Source: Myxococcota bacterium (lineage in GTDB: Bacteria > Myxococcota_A > UBA796 > SXON01). From it: DNA of 64,000 nt. Location: assembly GCA_040386535.1 (NCBI GenBank), contig JAZKFH010000015.1, forward strand, positions 124,700-188,699, given 5' to 3'. The notes beneath the pieces were generated by a model. It did not search any database, was not told the origin of the DNA, and saw only the letters and a program-made list of their open reading frames with translations. Position 1 is the first letter of the stretch. Each line of letters opens with the position of its first letter. This document shows, one piece after another, positions 27,301-36,222 of the stretch. A program made the translations under genes and the position numbers.

Positions 27301-29193
27301 TCACCCCGCGCCGGGGCCCCCGGTGTAGCCGCGGTCGTTGCGCGAGCCGTCTGGATCCGCCCACGTGCGGTAGTCGCGCGGGCCCGCGCCGTCCTCCGGG
27401 CCGCTGTCGACCGCGGGGGAGGCGGGATCGAGCGTGAGCAGGTCGTTCGTGGCGTCGCCGTCGTCCGACCAGGTGGTGAAGAGCGGGTCGTCGACGCGGT
27501 TGCCGTTGTCGTCCGAGTAGGCGCCGAGCTCCAGGTCCTCGCCAGCGTTGCCGTAGGCGAGCGTGTACGCGACGGAGGCGCCGGAGTCGTAGGAGGTCCA
27601 CACGCCGTTGGAGCCGCCCGACCACGCCACGATGTTCGAGCCGACGTAGAGCGAGGCGCCAAAGTCGGTGCGGACGTAGAGCCCGCCGCCGTAGCCGCCC
27701 GCGTCGTTGCCGACGATCGTGTTGTTGGCGACCACGAGCCCGAGCGGGACCCCGGTCACCGCGAGGCCGCCGCCCTCGTCGTCGGCCGCGTTGCCGACCA
27801 CGAGCAGGTTGCGGAGGGTGCCGGTCGTGTCGTCGTCGATGTAGATGGCCCCGCCCTGCTCGCCGGCGGCGTTGTCGCGGAACGTGGCGCCTTCGATGTC
27901 GGCGCTCCCGCCCCGCACGAGCACGGCGCCGCCCGCCTCTTCGCTGGCGTTCGCGACGAACGACGCGTTGTCGACCAGGAGGGTGGACTGCTGCGCGAGC
28001 ACGGCGCCGCCGGCCTTGGCGTCGTTCCACCCCCACCAGCTCCCGACGTCGGTGAGGGTCCCGTTCCAGGCGTACACCGCGCCGCCGTCGTTGACCGCGG
28101 AGTTGCCCTCCAGCGCGCACCCGTTCAACGCCACGGTGCCGTTCTCGATCGCGATCGCGCCGCCGTCCTGGGTGGTGGCGTTGTCGACGAGGCGCACGTG
28201 CGTGAGCGAGGCCGATCCGCCGTACACGTAGAGGGCGCCGCCGTCTCCGAGGGTGCCGCGGGCTCCCGACAGCGTCAGCGTCTCGAGGGTCAGCCGGCCC
28301 TCGGTGCCGACGGAGAAGGCGCGTGCGCCGGGCGGCGGGGTGATCTCCACGTCGGACGCGTCGTCCACGGCGCCGCGCAGCGTGAGCGCGCCCTCGTCCA
28401 GCGTGACGTTCGCCATGTGCGTGCCGGGGAGGAGCACCACGGTGCGGCACCGGGCGTCCAGGTTGTCGAGCGCGGCGGCGATCGTGGCGAAGGGCGCCGC
28501 CGCGGTGCCGTCCGCCACCTGGTCCGCGTCTGGCGCGACGAGGAGCGGGAAGGCTGCGGGATCGGTGTCGTCACAGTCCCCGGCGGCGTCGCAGGGGGAA
28601 TGGCCGTCGCCGTCCAGGTCGAGGTCGTCCGCGGCGCCGGAGCAGTCCTGGTCGACCCCGTCGCAGGTCTCGGCCACGCCGGGGTGCACGGCGGCGTCGG
28701 CATCGTCACAGTCGCCCTGCTCCTCCGTGAGGCCGTCGCCGTCGTCGTCCACGGTCGGGTCCGTGGGGGGCGCCGAGTCCACCTCGCCGCCGGTGTCCGT
28801 GTCTACCAGGCCGTCCACGCCCGTCGCGCTCAGCGGCACCACGATCACGGGCTCGTCGGGGTCGTCCGAGCGGATCTCGAGCTGGGTCGAGCTGGCCCCT
28901 TCGACCAGCGGCGCGAAGGTGACCTCCACCACCGAGGTGGCGCCGGCGAACAAATCGGCGGTGTCGACGCTGGCCAGGGACCACGCGCGGATGGAGCCGT
29001 TCGCGAGGGTGATCCCCTTGAACGTCGCGATGCCGGGGCCCTGGTTGATGATGGTGACCTCAGCGGTCGCCACGCCGCCGAGCGCCACGTCGCCGAGGTC
29101 GAGCGAGGCGGGAGACACCTCGACCGAGGGCGTGTCCCCCTCGGCAACACACCCCAGCAGCACGAGCAGGGGGAGACAGCGGAGCGAGGGCAT
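27301..29193 (-). CDS. Exported lipoprotein: Ig-like domain + MopE-type metal-binding repeats + right-handed beta-helix
   Basis: Lipobox LLGC; SLDLGDV...IRSDDPDEP; DDDGDG...DCDDADAAVHPG..ETCDGVDQDC; repeated N.A..GGA(I/V) units; DGSRNDRGYTGGP tail. Confidence 0.8.
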   Translation of the reverse strand: MPSLRCLPLLVLLGCVAEGDTPSVEVSPASLDLGDVALGGVATAEVTIINQGPGIATFKGITLANGSIRAWSLASVDTADLFAGATSVVEVTFAPLVEGASSTQLEIRSDDPDEPVIVVPLSATGVDGLVDTDTGGEVDSAPPTDPTVDDDGDGLTEEQGDCDDADAAVHPGVAETCDGVDQDCSGAADDLDLDGDGHSPCDAAGDCDDTDPAAFPLLVAPDADQVADGTAAAPFATIAAALDNLDARCRTVVLLPGTHMANVTLDEGALTLRGAVDDASDVEITPPPGARAFSVGTEGRLTLETLTLSGARGTLGDGGALYVYGGSASLTHVRLVDNATTQDGGAIAIENGTVALNGCALEGNSAVNDGGAVYAWNGTLTDVGSWWGWNDAKAGGAVLAQQSTLLVDNASFVANASEEAGGAVLVRGGSADIEGATFRDNAAGEQGGAIYIDDDTTGTLRNLLVVGNAADDEGGGLAVTGVPLGLVVANNTIVGNDAGGYGGGLYVRTDFGASLYVGSNIVAWSGGSNGVWTSYDSGASVAYTLAYGNAGEDLELGAYSDDNGNRVDDPLFTTWSDDGDATNDLLTLDPASPAVDSGPEDGAGPRDYRTWADPDGSRNDRGYTGGPGAG

Positions 29194-29447
29194 GGCATCT
29201 CCCAATGGAAGCGAGTGGCAGGGGGTGCGTCCGCGTGGCAGGAATCCACGCGAACATGCGTCTGGCATATAGTGTGGGTCGATGTCGGCGTCGAACCAAC
29301 GCGCACGCCGATTCGGACGGAAAGCGACGATGTCAACCGCGTTGTGTTGGTGTGTAACAGCTTCGTTCAGTCACGGGCGGGGAGGGGGCCGCCGCGAGCG
29401 CGACACGGGCCGCGCGCCGCGCTAAACAGGCCGGCCTGGAGGCATAC

Positions 29448-29912
29448 ATGGCGACGTTGATCGACGGCAAGGAAGGGCTCCTCTCCTTGAGCGGAACCCA
29501 GCTCGGAAGCTCGGAGTGGACCACGATGACCTACGAGCGCATCGTCGCGTTCGCGGGCGCCACCGGGGACCACCAGTGGATCCACGTCGATCGCGAGCGC
29601 ATCGCCAAGGAGTCGCCCTACGGCGCGCCCATCGCGCACGGCTACCTCACGCTGGCGCTGGTCGCCGGGCACTTCTTCGACGTGCTCGAGCTCGGCGGCT
29701 TCGCGATGATCATCAACTACGGCGCGAACAAGGTCCGCTTCCCCTCGCCGCTCAAGGAGGGGGACCGTTACCGCCTCTCCCTGGCCCTGGGCGAGGTCAA
29801 GGAGGCCGGCGGCTGGTACGAGGCGATCTTCCTCGCGACCATCGAGATCGAGGGCGCGAAGAAGCCGGCGTGTGTCGCGGAGTGTGTCTACCGCCTGCAG
29901 CCGGCCGCATAG
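29448..29912 (+). CDS. MaoC family dehydratase
   Basis: FAGATGDHQWIHVD, IAHGYLTL, NYGANKVRFPSP; GGAGG SD. Confidence 0.93.
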   Translation: MATLIDGKEGLLSLSGTQLGSSEWTTMTYERIVAFAGATGDHQWIHVDRERIAKESPYGAPIAHGYLTLALVAGHFFDVLELGGFAMIINYGANKVRFPSPLKEGDRYRLSLALGEVKEAGGWYEAIFLATIEIEGAKKPACVAECVYRLQPAA

Positions 29913-29960
29913 AGACGGCAGCGTAGAGGGGCGCGGTCGGGTCGGACGATCCGTGTCTCC

Positions 29961-29990
29961 GGGCGTTGCGGGGCGGAGCCCCGCCCCAGG
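29961..29990 (-). repeat. GC hairpin repeat (REP-like), copy A, intergenic
   Basis: Minus strand CCTGGGGCGGGGCTCCGCCCCGCAACGCCC; stem GCGGGGC/GCCCCGC; related copies at 40211, 46941 and 59144. Confidence 0.75.
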
Positions 29991-30022
29991 AGGACGCGTG
30001 GCTCGCATTCCCCCGAACGCTT

Positions 30023-30709
30023 CTAGAAGTCGTCCTTCTTGATCGCCTTGGTCATGTCCTTGATGTAGGACGGCACGATGCTGAACCAGTAGTTGCGGTA
30101 GCCGCTGCCGCCGGGCTTCTTGCACACGCGCTCGGTCGAGATGACGGTCTTCTTCTCGAGCTGGATGAAGGTCGGCCACGCGCAGACCTCCTTGTCGGGG
30201 CCCGAGAAGCGGTCCATCACGAACACCAGCCCGATGCCCTTCTTGGTCTTGACCTTGTACTTCTTGACCATGTCCGTGATGACGGTCTGGTTCAGCTCGA
30301 CCGGCGTGTTCTTGGCGTCGTAGATGGACTCGAAGAACGCGTCGCCCTTGCGCTGGGTCTGGCCGGAGGGCGTGGGGAGGTCGACCAGGATCTCGCGCTG
30401 AAGCGCCTTCTCGATGTCCTCGACGTGGCTGTTCACCGCCATCGCGTTCCAATCGGCGATGAGCAGGTCCCACGCGTCCTTGGGCTTCTTGAAGCGCGTC
30501 ACCACGTCGCCGAGGCCGCCGCCCGGATCCCAGAACACGCGCTCCTCGGGGTCGTCGAAGGTCTCCGGCGTGAAGATGCGGACGCGGGAGAAGTCGAGGC
30601 CGAGCCACACCATCTCCGGGGCGGACTGGAGCTGGCTGGTGAGCTGGCCGGCGGACGCCTCTGACGACGAGCCCGTCAGCGCGAGGACGAAGAGGGAAAG
30701 GAACCACAT
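30023..30709 (-). CDS. Hypothetical exported protein
   Basis: Signal peptide MWFLSLFVLAL; WLGLDFS and KPGGSGYRNYW; strong GC3 bias. Confidence 0.75.
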   Translation of the reverse strand: MWFLSLFVLALTGSSSEASAGQLTSQLQSAPEMVWLGLDFSRVRIFTPETFDDPEERVFWDPGGGLGDVVTRFKKPKDAWDLLIADWNAMAVNSHVEDIEKALQREILVDLPTPSGQTQRKGDAFFESIYDAKNTPVELNQTVITDMVKKYKVKTKKGIGLVFVMDRFSGPDKEVCAWPTFIQLEKKTVISTERVCKKPGGSGYRNYWFSIVPSYIKDMTKAIKKDDF

Positions 30710-30858
30710 GGGAGGCGGATCTCCGCGGCTTGGAGCCGGGCCGAGAGGGGGGGCCCTGCGAGGGCGCGCGACGATAGCCCGGCCCGAGGCGATCGGCGAC
30801 TTGTACCCGCAGTACCCGCGTGGCGCGGCGGCACTACCTTTGCTCGCGTGGAGGAAGC

Positions 30859-31716
30859 ATGGCCGAAACAAAGGTCCTCGAGCGCCCGCCCCAGAAGCAG
30901 GCGCCGCCCGGCAAGGAGAGCTTGATGCATCCGGAGCCCGTGGCGCGTCGCAAGCGCCGGGCCAGTGGCAAGCTCGAGGGGAAGGTGGCGATCGTCACCG
31001 GCGGGGACAGCGGCATCGGGCGCGCCGTGTCCGTGATGTTCGCGGAGGAGGGCGCCGACGTGGCGATCGTGTACCGCCAGTCCCATGACGACGCGAACGA
31101 GACGCGGCGGATGGTGACGGGGGAGGGCCGCCGCTGCATCACGATCGCGGGGGATCTCGGCGATCCCGCCTTCTGCCAGCAGGTCGTGGACCGCGTGATG
31201 GGCGAGCTCGGCCACCTCGACGTCCTCGTGAACAACGCGGCCGAGCAGCACGTGGTCGACACGCCCGAGGACATCCCGACCGAGCAGATCGAGCGCACGT
31301 TCCGCACCAACATCTTCTCGATGTTCTACCTGACGAAGGCGGCGCTTCCCCACATGGAGTGCGGCTCCGCGATCATCAACACCACCTCGATCACGGCGTG
31401 GCGCGGCAGTGAGCACCTGCTCGACTACTCGGCCACCAAGGGCGCGATCGTGTCGTTCACCCGGTCGCTCGCGCGCATGGTCGCCGACCGCGGCATCCGC
31501 GTGAACGGCGTGGCGCCGGGCCCCATCTGGACGCCGCTCATCCCGTCGACGTTCCCGCCCGAGGCGATCCCGGACTTCGGCAAGGACACGCTGCTCAAGC
31601 GGCCCGGGGAGCCCGCCGAGGTCGCGCCCTGCTACGTGTTCCTCGCCTCGGAGGACGCGTCCTACATGACGGGGCAGTTCCTGCACCCGAACGGCGGCGA
31701 GATCGCGGGGACGTAG
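30859..31716 (+). CDS. SDR family oxidoreductase (YhxC/YdaD-like)
   Basis: TGGDSGIGRAV, NNAAEQ, YSATKGA, NGVAPGPIWTPLIP. Confidence 0.93.
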   Translation: MAETKVLERPPQKQAPPGKESLMHPEPVARRKRRASGKLEGKVAIVTGGDSGIGRAVSVMFAEEGADVAIVYRQSHDDANETRRMVTGEGRRCITIAGDLGDPAFCQQVVDRVMGELGHLDVLVNNAAEQHVVDTPEDIPTEQIERTFRTNIFSMFYLTKAALPHMECGSAIINTTSITAWRGSEHLLDYSATKGAIVSFTRSLARMVADRGIRVNGVAPGPIWTPLIPSTFPPEAIPDFGKDTLLKRPGEPAEVAPCYVFLASEDASYMTGQFLHPNGGEIAGT

Positions 31717-31736
31717 CCCCGGAACTCAGCGCCGGG

Positions 31737-32699
31737 TCAACCCGTGTCGACCGCGTCCAGCCGCTCGCGGAGGAACGAGAACGAGCGCGTCTCCCCGTCG
31801 CGCTCGACCTCGAGCACTACGCGGCTGCCCTCGCGCCCGGTGCCGAGGGTGATGAACGCGTCGTCCGTCAGCCCGGCGGTTGACTCGCCGTCGACCGACG
31901 TGATGATGTCGCCGACCTCCAGCCCGGCCTCCTCCGCGGGAGTGCCCGGGTGGATCATGTTCACCCGGGCGCCGCGGTCGCGCAGCATGCGGAAGGCGAT
32001 GCCCATCCCGGCGATCGGCGCGTCATCCACCACCAGCTCGAGCCCACGCGCGTCGAACGCGGTCACGACGATCGGCTCGCTGCGGCGGGTGAGGATCCCG
32101 TCCTGGTAGAGCGCGCGCACGCTGCACGAGGCCGCGCCCGCGTACCCCACGAAGGCACCGCCCTCGGAGGTGTAGACCCGCTGGCCACATACGTACACGC
32201 TGGTGCCCGCGATCGGCTTGCCGTCGAGGTTCTGGACGGACCCGGTCACGCGCCAGCCCTCGGCGCCGAGGGTGCAGGTCTCCACGTCCCCGGGCTCGGC
32301 GTCGAGGCGGCCGAGCTGCACGGCGGCGGACTCGTCCAGCCGCCAGTAGATGCTCCACGCCCCCGCGGGGAGGCGCAGGGACAGGTCGCTGCCGCTCTTG
32401 CGCACGTCGCCGTCGCCCACGCCCATCGCCACGAGGGTGCCGGGCGAACCCTCCCCGTCGAACTGGCAGCGGACGACCACGTCGTCGTCCTCCTGGCGGG
32501 TGACGCGGCGCTCGTCCGGCTCGCCGAGGTCACGCCCGGCGAGCACCTGCGGCACCTTGCGGCCCCCGAACGTGCGCGTCAGCGGGCTCTTCTTCACGCT
32601 CGCGGCGAGCCAGAGCCCGAAGGTCAGCAGCAGCAACAGGGCGCCGACGGCGATCCACACAGGTCGCGTGCGGAGCTTCGAGCCGGCGGGCTCGCTCAT
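31737..32699 (-). CDS. Membrane-anchored protein with C-terminal PDZ domain
   Basis: N-terminal TM; GMGI...HPGTPAEEAGLEVGDIITSVDG...GREGSRVVLEVER. Confidence 0.8.
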   Translation of the reverse strand: MSEPAGSKLRTRPVWIAVGALLLLLTFGLWLAASVKKSPLTRTFGGRKVPQVLAGRDLGEPDERRVTRQEDDDVVVRCQFDGEGSPGTLVAMGVGDGDVRKSGSDLSLRLPAGAWSIYWRLDESAAVQLGRLDAEPGDVETCTLGAEGWRVTGSVQNLDGKPIAGTSVYVCGQRVYTSEGGAFVGYAGAASCSVRALYQDGILTRRSEPIVVTAFDARGLELVVDDAPIAGMGIAFRMLRDRGARVNMIHPGTPAEEAGLEVGDIITSVDGESTAGLTDDAFITLGTGREGSRVVLEVERDGETRSFSFLRERLDAVDTG

Positions 32700-32721
32700 G
32701 CCGATCCTCCCTCGTCCGGAA

Positions 32722-34338
32722 CTATAGCGGCTCGACCTCGTACAGCACCATGCCCGGGTTCTCGCGCAAGGCGTACTGCAGCGGCCAGATGCTCTCGGAG
32801 AGCACGACGGGCCGCCCGTGGCGGTCCTCGACCACGTTGTAGTCGCGGCGCGCCATCATCCACGCGAGGCCCTTGGGATCGCCGCCGATCCAGCGGGCGA
32901 AGCGGAAGGGGCTCGGGTCGAGCACGGCCTTGACGTTGTACTCGGTCTCCAGGCGGGACAGGAGCACCTCGAACTGGAGCTGCCCGACCGCGCCCAGGTA
33001 CGGATCCTGCTCGCCGATGTCGGGGCGGATGAACAGCTGGATCGCGCCCTCTTGCGAGAGCTGGGTGAGCCCCGCGACGAGGTGCTTGCGCTTCAGAGGG
33101 TCCTTGAGCTTCACGCGGCCGAAGTGTTCGGGCGCGAAGCGGGGGATGCCTTCGTAGGCGATGGGCTCGCCGACGTAGAGCGTGTCGCCGATGCGGAGCT
33201 GGCCGGGATCGAACAGACCCACGACGTCGCCGGGCCACGCCTCCTCCACCAGCACGCGCTCCTGGGCGAGGAAGCTGTGGGGTTTGGAGAGCCGCACGGT
33301 GTCGCCGGTGCGCTGCACCTTCACGTCCATCCCGCGCTCGAACCGCCCGGACTGCACGCGCAGGAACGCCACGCGGTCCCGGTGCCGCGGGTTCATGTTC
33401 GCCTGGATCTTGAAGATGAAGCCCGTGAAGCTCGGATCCTCCGGCATCCGCGGCGTGCCCGTGCAGGCGCGCGGGCGGGGGCCGGGGGCCATGTCCACCA
33501 TGGCTTCGAGGAAGGGCTGGACGCCGAAGTTGGTCATGGCGGAGCCGAAGAACACCGGGGTCTGCTTGCCCGCGAGGAACTTGGCCTGGTCGTAGGTTTC
33601 CCCGGCGCCGTTGAGAAGATCGAGCTCGTCGATCAGCTGGAGCGCGAGGTTCTCGGGGAGATCCTCGGGGCGGACGCGCTGCTGGTCGACAAGATCGACG
33701 CCGCGGTTTCCGCCGGTGAACCGCAACACGTCCCCCGTGCTGCGCTCGGCCACGCCGATGAACTCCTTGCCGCTGCCGACCGGCCAGTTCACCGCGGCGC
33801 ACTGGATGCCGAGGGCGGCGCCCACGTCGTCCAGGAGCTGCAGGGGCTCGATGCCCTCGCGGTCACACTTGTTGATGAGCGTGAGGACGGGGATGCCGCG
33901 CAGGCGACACACGTCGAACAACTTGCGCGTGCGCTCCTCGACGCCCTTCGCGTTGTCGATGAGCATGACCGCGCAGTCGACCGCCGCGAGCACGCGGTAG
34001 GTGTCCTCGGAGAAGTCGGCGTGGCCCGGCGTGTCGAGCAGGTTCAGCCGCTTGCCCCGGTAGTCGAACTGGAGAACGGACGACGTGATCGAGATGCCGC
34101 GCTCCTTCTCCATCGCCATCCAGTCGGAGACCGCGTGCCGGCTGGCCTTGCGCGACTTGACCGCGCCCGCCATGTGGATCGCGCCGCCGTAGAGCAGCAG
34201 CTTCTCCGTGAGCGTGGTCTTCCCGGCGTCCGGGTGGGAGATGATCGCGAACGTGCGGCGCCGCGCCGCCTCGGTGGCGAGCTGCTCGGTGGCGGTGCTC
34301 GACTCGGCGAGGCCCGTATTTGTAGTTGGAGTGTCCAT
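32722..34338 (-). CDS. prfC: Peptide chain release factor 3
   Basis: RRTFAIISHPDAGKTTLTEKLL, DTPGHADFSEDTYR, INKCD, FKIQANMNPRHRDR, GAVGQLQFEV. Confidence 0.98.
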   Translation of the reverse strand: MDTPTTNTGLAESSTATEQLATEAARRRTFAIISHPDAGKTTLTEKLLLYGGAIHMAGAVKSRKASRHAVSDWMAMEKERGISITSSVLQFDYRGKRLNLLDTPGHADFSEDTYRVLAAVDCAVMLIDNAKGVEERTRKLFDVCRLRGIPVLTLINKCDREGIEPLQLLDDVGAALGIQCAAVNWPVGSGKEFIGVAERSTGDVLRFTGGNRGVDLVDQQRVRPEDLPENLALQLIDELDLLNGAGETYDQAKFLAGKQTPVFFGSAMTNFGVQPFLEAMVDMAPGPRPRACTGTPRMPEDPSFTGFIFKIQANMNPRHRDRVAFLRVQSGRFERGMDVKVQRTGDTVRLSKPHSFLAQERVLVEEAWPGDVVGLFDPGQLRIGDTLYVGEPIAYEGIPRFAPEHFGRVKLKDPLKRKHLVAGLTQLSQEGAIQLFIRPDIGEQDPYLGAVGQLQFEVLLSRLETEYNVKAVLDPSPFRFARWIGGDPKGLAWMMARRDYNVVEDRHGRPVVLSESIWPLQYALRENPGMVLYEVEPL

Positions 34339-34449
34339 CGTGCGGCGGGCTAACCGGTAACGGGGGGCGCCGCGCCCCCGCCGAGAGACTTCGCCCGGGC
34401 ACCGCGCGGGTGGCCCTCGCGCGGCATCACCCGATTAGGAGGGGCTTTG

Positions 34450-36222
34450 ATGCGTCCGCCCCTCCGTCCGCTCGCCCGGTTCGGCCTCCTCTTCGGCGCC
34501 GCCGCCGGCTCGGCGGAGGTCGCCCTGCGCGCCACGCCCCGGCAGGGCCTCGGCCTGGCGGACCTCACCACGTGGCTCGCCGCCTCGATCGGCCTCGGCG
34601 CCACCTTCGGCCTCGCTCTCGCCGGCGCCGCGTGGATCGTGGGCCGCCGCAGCTACGGGCTCGTGCTCGCCGGCCTGCTCGGGCTGCACGCGGCGGTCAA
34701 CTACCGCTTCGAGGTGGTGCTCAACAACTTCGTGCGCGACCCGCGCGTGTGGGGCGGCCTCGGCGCCGTGCTCGTCGTGGCGCTGCTGGTCGGCCTCGCC
34801 GCCGACCGGTGGTTGGTCCGGGTGCAGCGCCCGCTCCGCTTCCTCCTCCTCGGCCTGCTCGTCGGCGGCGCCGGGCTGACCTTCGTCCGGGCCGGTGGGG
34901 CCCAGGGGCGCGCGGGCCCGCGGCCGAAGGTGCTCGTGATCAGCCTGGACACGACGCGGCCGGACCACCTCTCTCCTTACGGCCACACGATCGACACCCC
35001 GGTCCTCGCGCGCCTTGCCCGCGAGGGCGTCGTGTTCGACCAGGCGATCGCCGCCGCGCCCATCACGGAGCCGAGCCACCTCGCGATGTTCACCGGGCGG
35101 CCGCCGCTGGTCACCGGCGTGGTCAGCAACGGCACCAACCTGGGCGACCGCCCCGAGCTGCTCTGGCGCACGCTCCAGACCGAGGGCTACCTGACGGCCG
35201 GCTTCGTGGCCGGCTTTCCCCTCCACGGAAAGTACGGCTGGGCGCAGGGGATGAACGTCTACGACGACGACTTCGGCGCTGTCGCGGGCCTCCAGAACCT
35301 CGGGCTCGTCAAGGCGTACAACCAGGTGGCGCTCAAGGAGCACGCGTTGCGCGAGCGGCCCGCCGCCGGGGTGCTCGCGCGCGCCGTGCCCTGGCTCGAG
35401 CAGCACCGCGACACCCAGTTCTTTGCCTTCGTGCACCTGTACGACGCGCACGGCCCCTACGATCAGCCCACCAACGCGGCCCTCGGGCCCGCCCCCACAG
35501 ACGCCCCCGCGCTGCCGCTCCCGCCGTATTGGCCCGCCCCCGACCGTCGCATCACCAGCCCCGAGTGGCTCACGCGCGCCTACGACAACGAGCTGGTCGC
35601 GGTCGACACCGCGGTGGGCCGTCTCCTCGATGCGCTCGGCCCCCGCCTCGACGAGACCATCGTGATGGTCACCGCCGACCACGGCGAGTCCCTCACCGAG
35701 CACGGCTACCTGTTCGACCACGGCGACAACCTGCACGACCCCTCGCTGCGCGTGCCGTGGATCGTGCGGTTCCCTCCCATCGCGAAGGCGGGCGCGCGTG
35801 TGCCCTGCCAGGTCGGCGGCGTGGATCTGGCGCCCACCGTGCTCGATCTGGTCGGCCTCACCGATCCGTTCGAGCGCGAGGGCCTCTCGCGGGTGGCCGA
35901 GCTCCGCGGCGGCGACTGTCGTGAGCGGCCGGTGTATTCGAGCACCGTCGCCGGGCGCCTCGTGGCCGACCCGCCGACCGACCACGCGCTGCGCGGCCAG
36001 GGGCGCAAGCTCATCCGGCACGAGGGCGGCGGGGCCGAGCTCTACGATCTCGCAACCGATCCCGGCGAGACCGTGAACCTCGCGCCCAACGAGGTGTCCG
36101 AGGCCATGTCGGCGCTCCTCGACGCGCGGGTGGCCGGCGCGTCGGTCACCAGCCCGGAGCTCGATCCGGAGACCGCCGCCATGCTCCAGGCCCTCGGCTA
36201 CACGGATGGACCCGCGCAATGA
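34450..36222 (+). CDS. Membrane-anchored sulfatase-like (alkaline phosphatase superfamily) hydrolase/transferase
   Basis: About five TM helices, then ISLDTTRPDH, ITEPSHLAMFTG, VHLYDAHGPY, TADHGE, LRVPWI. Confidence 0.88.
   Translation: MRPPLRPLARFGLLFGAAAGSAEVALRATPRQGLGLADLTTWLAASIGLGATFGLALAGAAWIVGRRSYGLVLAGLLGLHAAVNYRFEVVLNNFVRDPRVWGGLGAVLVVALLVGLAADRWLVRVQRPLRFLLLGLLVGGAGLTFVRAGGAQGRAGPRPKVLVISLDTTRPDHLSPYGHTIDTPVLARLAREGVVFDQAIAAAPITEPSHLAMFTGRPPLVTGVVSNGTNLGDRPELLWRTLQTEGYLTAGFVAGFPLHGKYGWAQGMNVYDDDFGAVAGLQNLGLVKAYNQVALKEHALRERPAAGVLARAVPWLEQHRDTQFFAFVHLYDAHGPYDQPTNAALGPAPTDAPALPLPPYWPAPDRRITSPEWLTRAYDNELVAVDTAVGRLLDALGPRLDETIVMVTADHGESLTEHGYLFDHGDNLHDPSLRVPWIVRFPPIAKAGARVPCQVGGVDLAPTVLDLVGLTDPFEREGLSRVAELRGGDCRERPVYSSTVAGRLVADPPTDHALRGQGRKLIRHEGGGAELYDLATDPGETVNLAPNEVSEAMSALLDARVAGASVTSPELDPETAAMLQALGYTDGPAQ

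Noticed and set aside
30829..30844. Sigma-54-like CGGCACTACCTTTGCT before the SDR gene
   Set aside because: Spacing is right, but the predicted TSS (about 30855) would fall at or after the GGAGG SD; not supportable without data.
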